DNA of 64,000 bases, from positions 5,194 through 69,193 of the forward strand of contig JAUSFE010000083.1 in NCBI GenBank assembly GCA_030649945.1. The letters run 5' to 3'. Every line of letters starts with the position of its first letter. Position 1 is the stretch's first letter. Under the pieces are notes generated by a model. The model was not told where the DNA came from. It saw only the letters and a list, made by a program, of their open reading frames with translations, and ran no database searches. Of the stretch, positions 63,140 through 64,000 are shown piece by piece. Both the position numbers and the translations under genes were made by a program. Origin of the DNA: Dehalococcoidia bacterium. Lineage in GTDB: Bacteria > Chloroflexota > Dehalococcoidia > SM23-28-2 > RBG-16-64-32.

Positions 63140-63991
63140 TCAGGTGCCGCCATCAAGCGGCTTCATGGCGACGATTTCGACCCCCGGCGCGATTCGTCGC
63201 CATGCCTCAAGGTTGGCATCTAGCTTGATTAGTTCTGCCTGCACATTGGGTAAGGCGCGACAAAAATCCTCAATGCTATTGCACAACGCTTCGGCCGATT
63301 GATTCCCCTTCAGATTCCTTGACATCTCTTGCAGATCGAGCAAGATGACTGCCAATTGGTCCATCGGACAGTGCGGGCTGGGACCGCTGCTTATGATCTC
63401 AAAATCGGCAAAAATTCTTTGCGCCCCTATGTCGGTCATATTGAAGTAATGGTGCGGATAACCGTGCATGTGTTGTATGAATGCCGTCAGGACGTAAACC
63501 TTCCCACCTGGCTTGAGTACCCTGAGAATTTCCTTGGCCGCCACCCATGGAGAGTGCAGATGTTCGAAGACGGCCAGCGAATAGATGTAGTCAAACGAGT
63601 TGTCTTGGAAAGGCATCGCGTGTGCATCGACCACGTAATCCAACTGGGACGAATACACAAATGCGTCAGTTTTGACCAGGTTCGGATGTGTGCATATATC
63701 GATGCCCGCCCCCAATTCCAAGATCAGTCCACTGCTTTGCAAGGCTTGCTGAATAAACTCAATCTGGAGATCGGAGCTGTTCTGCTGAGGCAGTGACGAA
63801 GATTCAGAACGATAATCCACCCGTTCTTCCGCGGCCAAAGTTCGCAGTATTGGAACTCCGTCAACAAAATGGGTTTTGAAGCCACATTGACACTGCATAT
63901 CCGCGCCAATGTTGAAGGGACAGCGGCATGCTGGGCAAATTAGACGTACACGACCATCGCGAGCCGTTACAGGTGAAGTGGGAGTATTCAT
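63140..63991 (-). CDS. class I SAM-dependent methyltransferase with an N-terminal Cys4 zinc-ribbon-like motif (lower GC)
   Basis: CPACRCPF...CQCGF. ILELGAGIDI...LKPGGKVYV. 30/60 GC at 63361-63420. Confidence 0.75.
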   Translation of the reverse strand: MNTPTSPVTARDGRVRLICPACRCPFNIGADMQCQCGFKTHFVDGVPILRTLAAEERVDYRSESSSLPQQNSSDLQIEFIQQALQSSGLILELGAGIDICTHPNLVKTDAFVYSSQLDYVVDAHAMPFQDNSFDYIYSLAVFEHLHSPWVAAKEILRVLKPGGKVYVLTAFIQHMHGYPHHYFNMTDIGAQRIFADFEIISSGPSPHCPMDQLAVILLDLQEMSRNLKGNQSAEALCNSIEDFCRALPNVQAELIKLDANLEAWRRIAPGVEIVAMKPLDGGT

Positions 63992-64000
63992 AGTTCGGTT

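Overview
This is a high-GC bacterial chromosomal segment. Hand counts on single 60-nt lines give about 72% GC in backbone genes (10441-10500) and about 48-53% in several embedded islets. I cannot assign a taxon from the sequence alone.

Backbone, left to right:
- a partial RHS/YD-repeat toxin gene running off the left edge
- a crotonyl-CoA carboxylase/reductase gene plus three paralogous acyl-CoA dehydrogenases
- SnoaL-like, flavin reductase and DUF72 genes
- two tRNA-Ser genes
- mnmA, rsfS, a LonC-like protease, ndk, and tsaB/tsaE/thiL
- a metallophosphoesterase and a 2-hydroxyacid dehydrogenase
- lon, hsp20, ridA and gyrA
- a GGDEF/HD-GYP protein and an ABC-2 exporter
- a dockerin-bearing HExxH protein, agmatinase and tRNA-Pro
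- a roughly 15 kb rhamnose-type glycan cluster (flippase, rfbABCD, several glycosyltransferases, methyltransferases)

The most interesting locus is a lower-GC operon at about 5.5-8.75 kb. An XRE repressor and an ImmA/IrrE metallopeptidase (a CapH/CapP-like pair) sit directly upstream of four overlapping genes: a ubiquitin-like (multiubiquitin-type) protein, an E2-like protein, a JAB/JAMM isopeptidase and a ThiF/E1-like enzyme. This is a Bil/ISG15-like bacterial ubiquitination-type candidate defence system. It ends against a 169-bp duplicated 3' fragment of the neighbouring acyl-CoA dehydrogenase gene.

Other accessory features:
- a 1.25 kb hicBA-plus-unknown-gene islet flanked by 41-bp direct repeats at the thiL start
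- a vapBC module wedged inside the ABC-2 operon
- a low-GC cluster of membrane and lipoprotein genes
- an in-frame 42-bp tandem repeat inside the phosphoesterase gene
- several families of short intergenic repeats (REP-like palindromes, TGAA-loop hairpins, 7-8 nt microsatellites, phased CGCAGAT arrays)

I saw no rRNA, CRISPR array, transposase or integrase. Many long ORFs in the track are antisense shadows typical of high-GC DNA.
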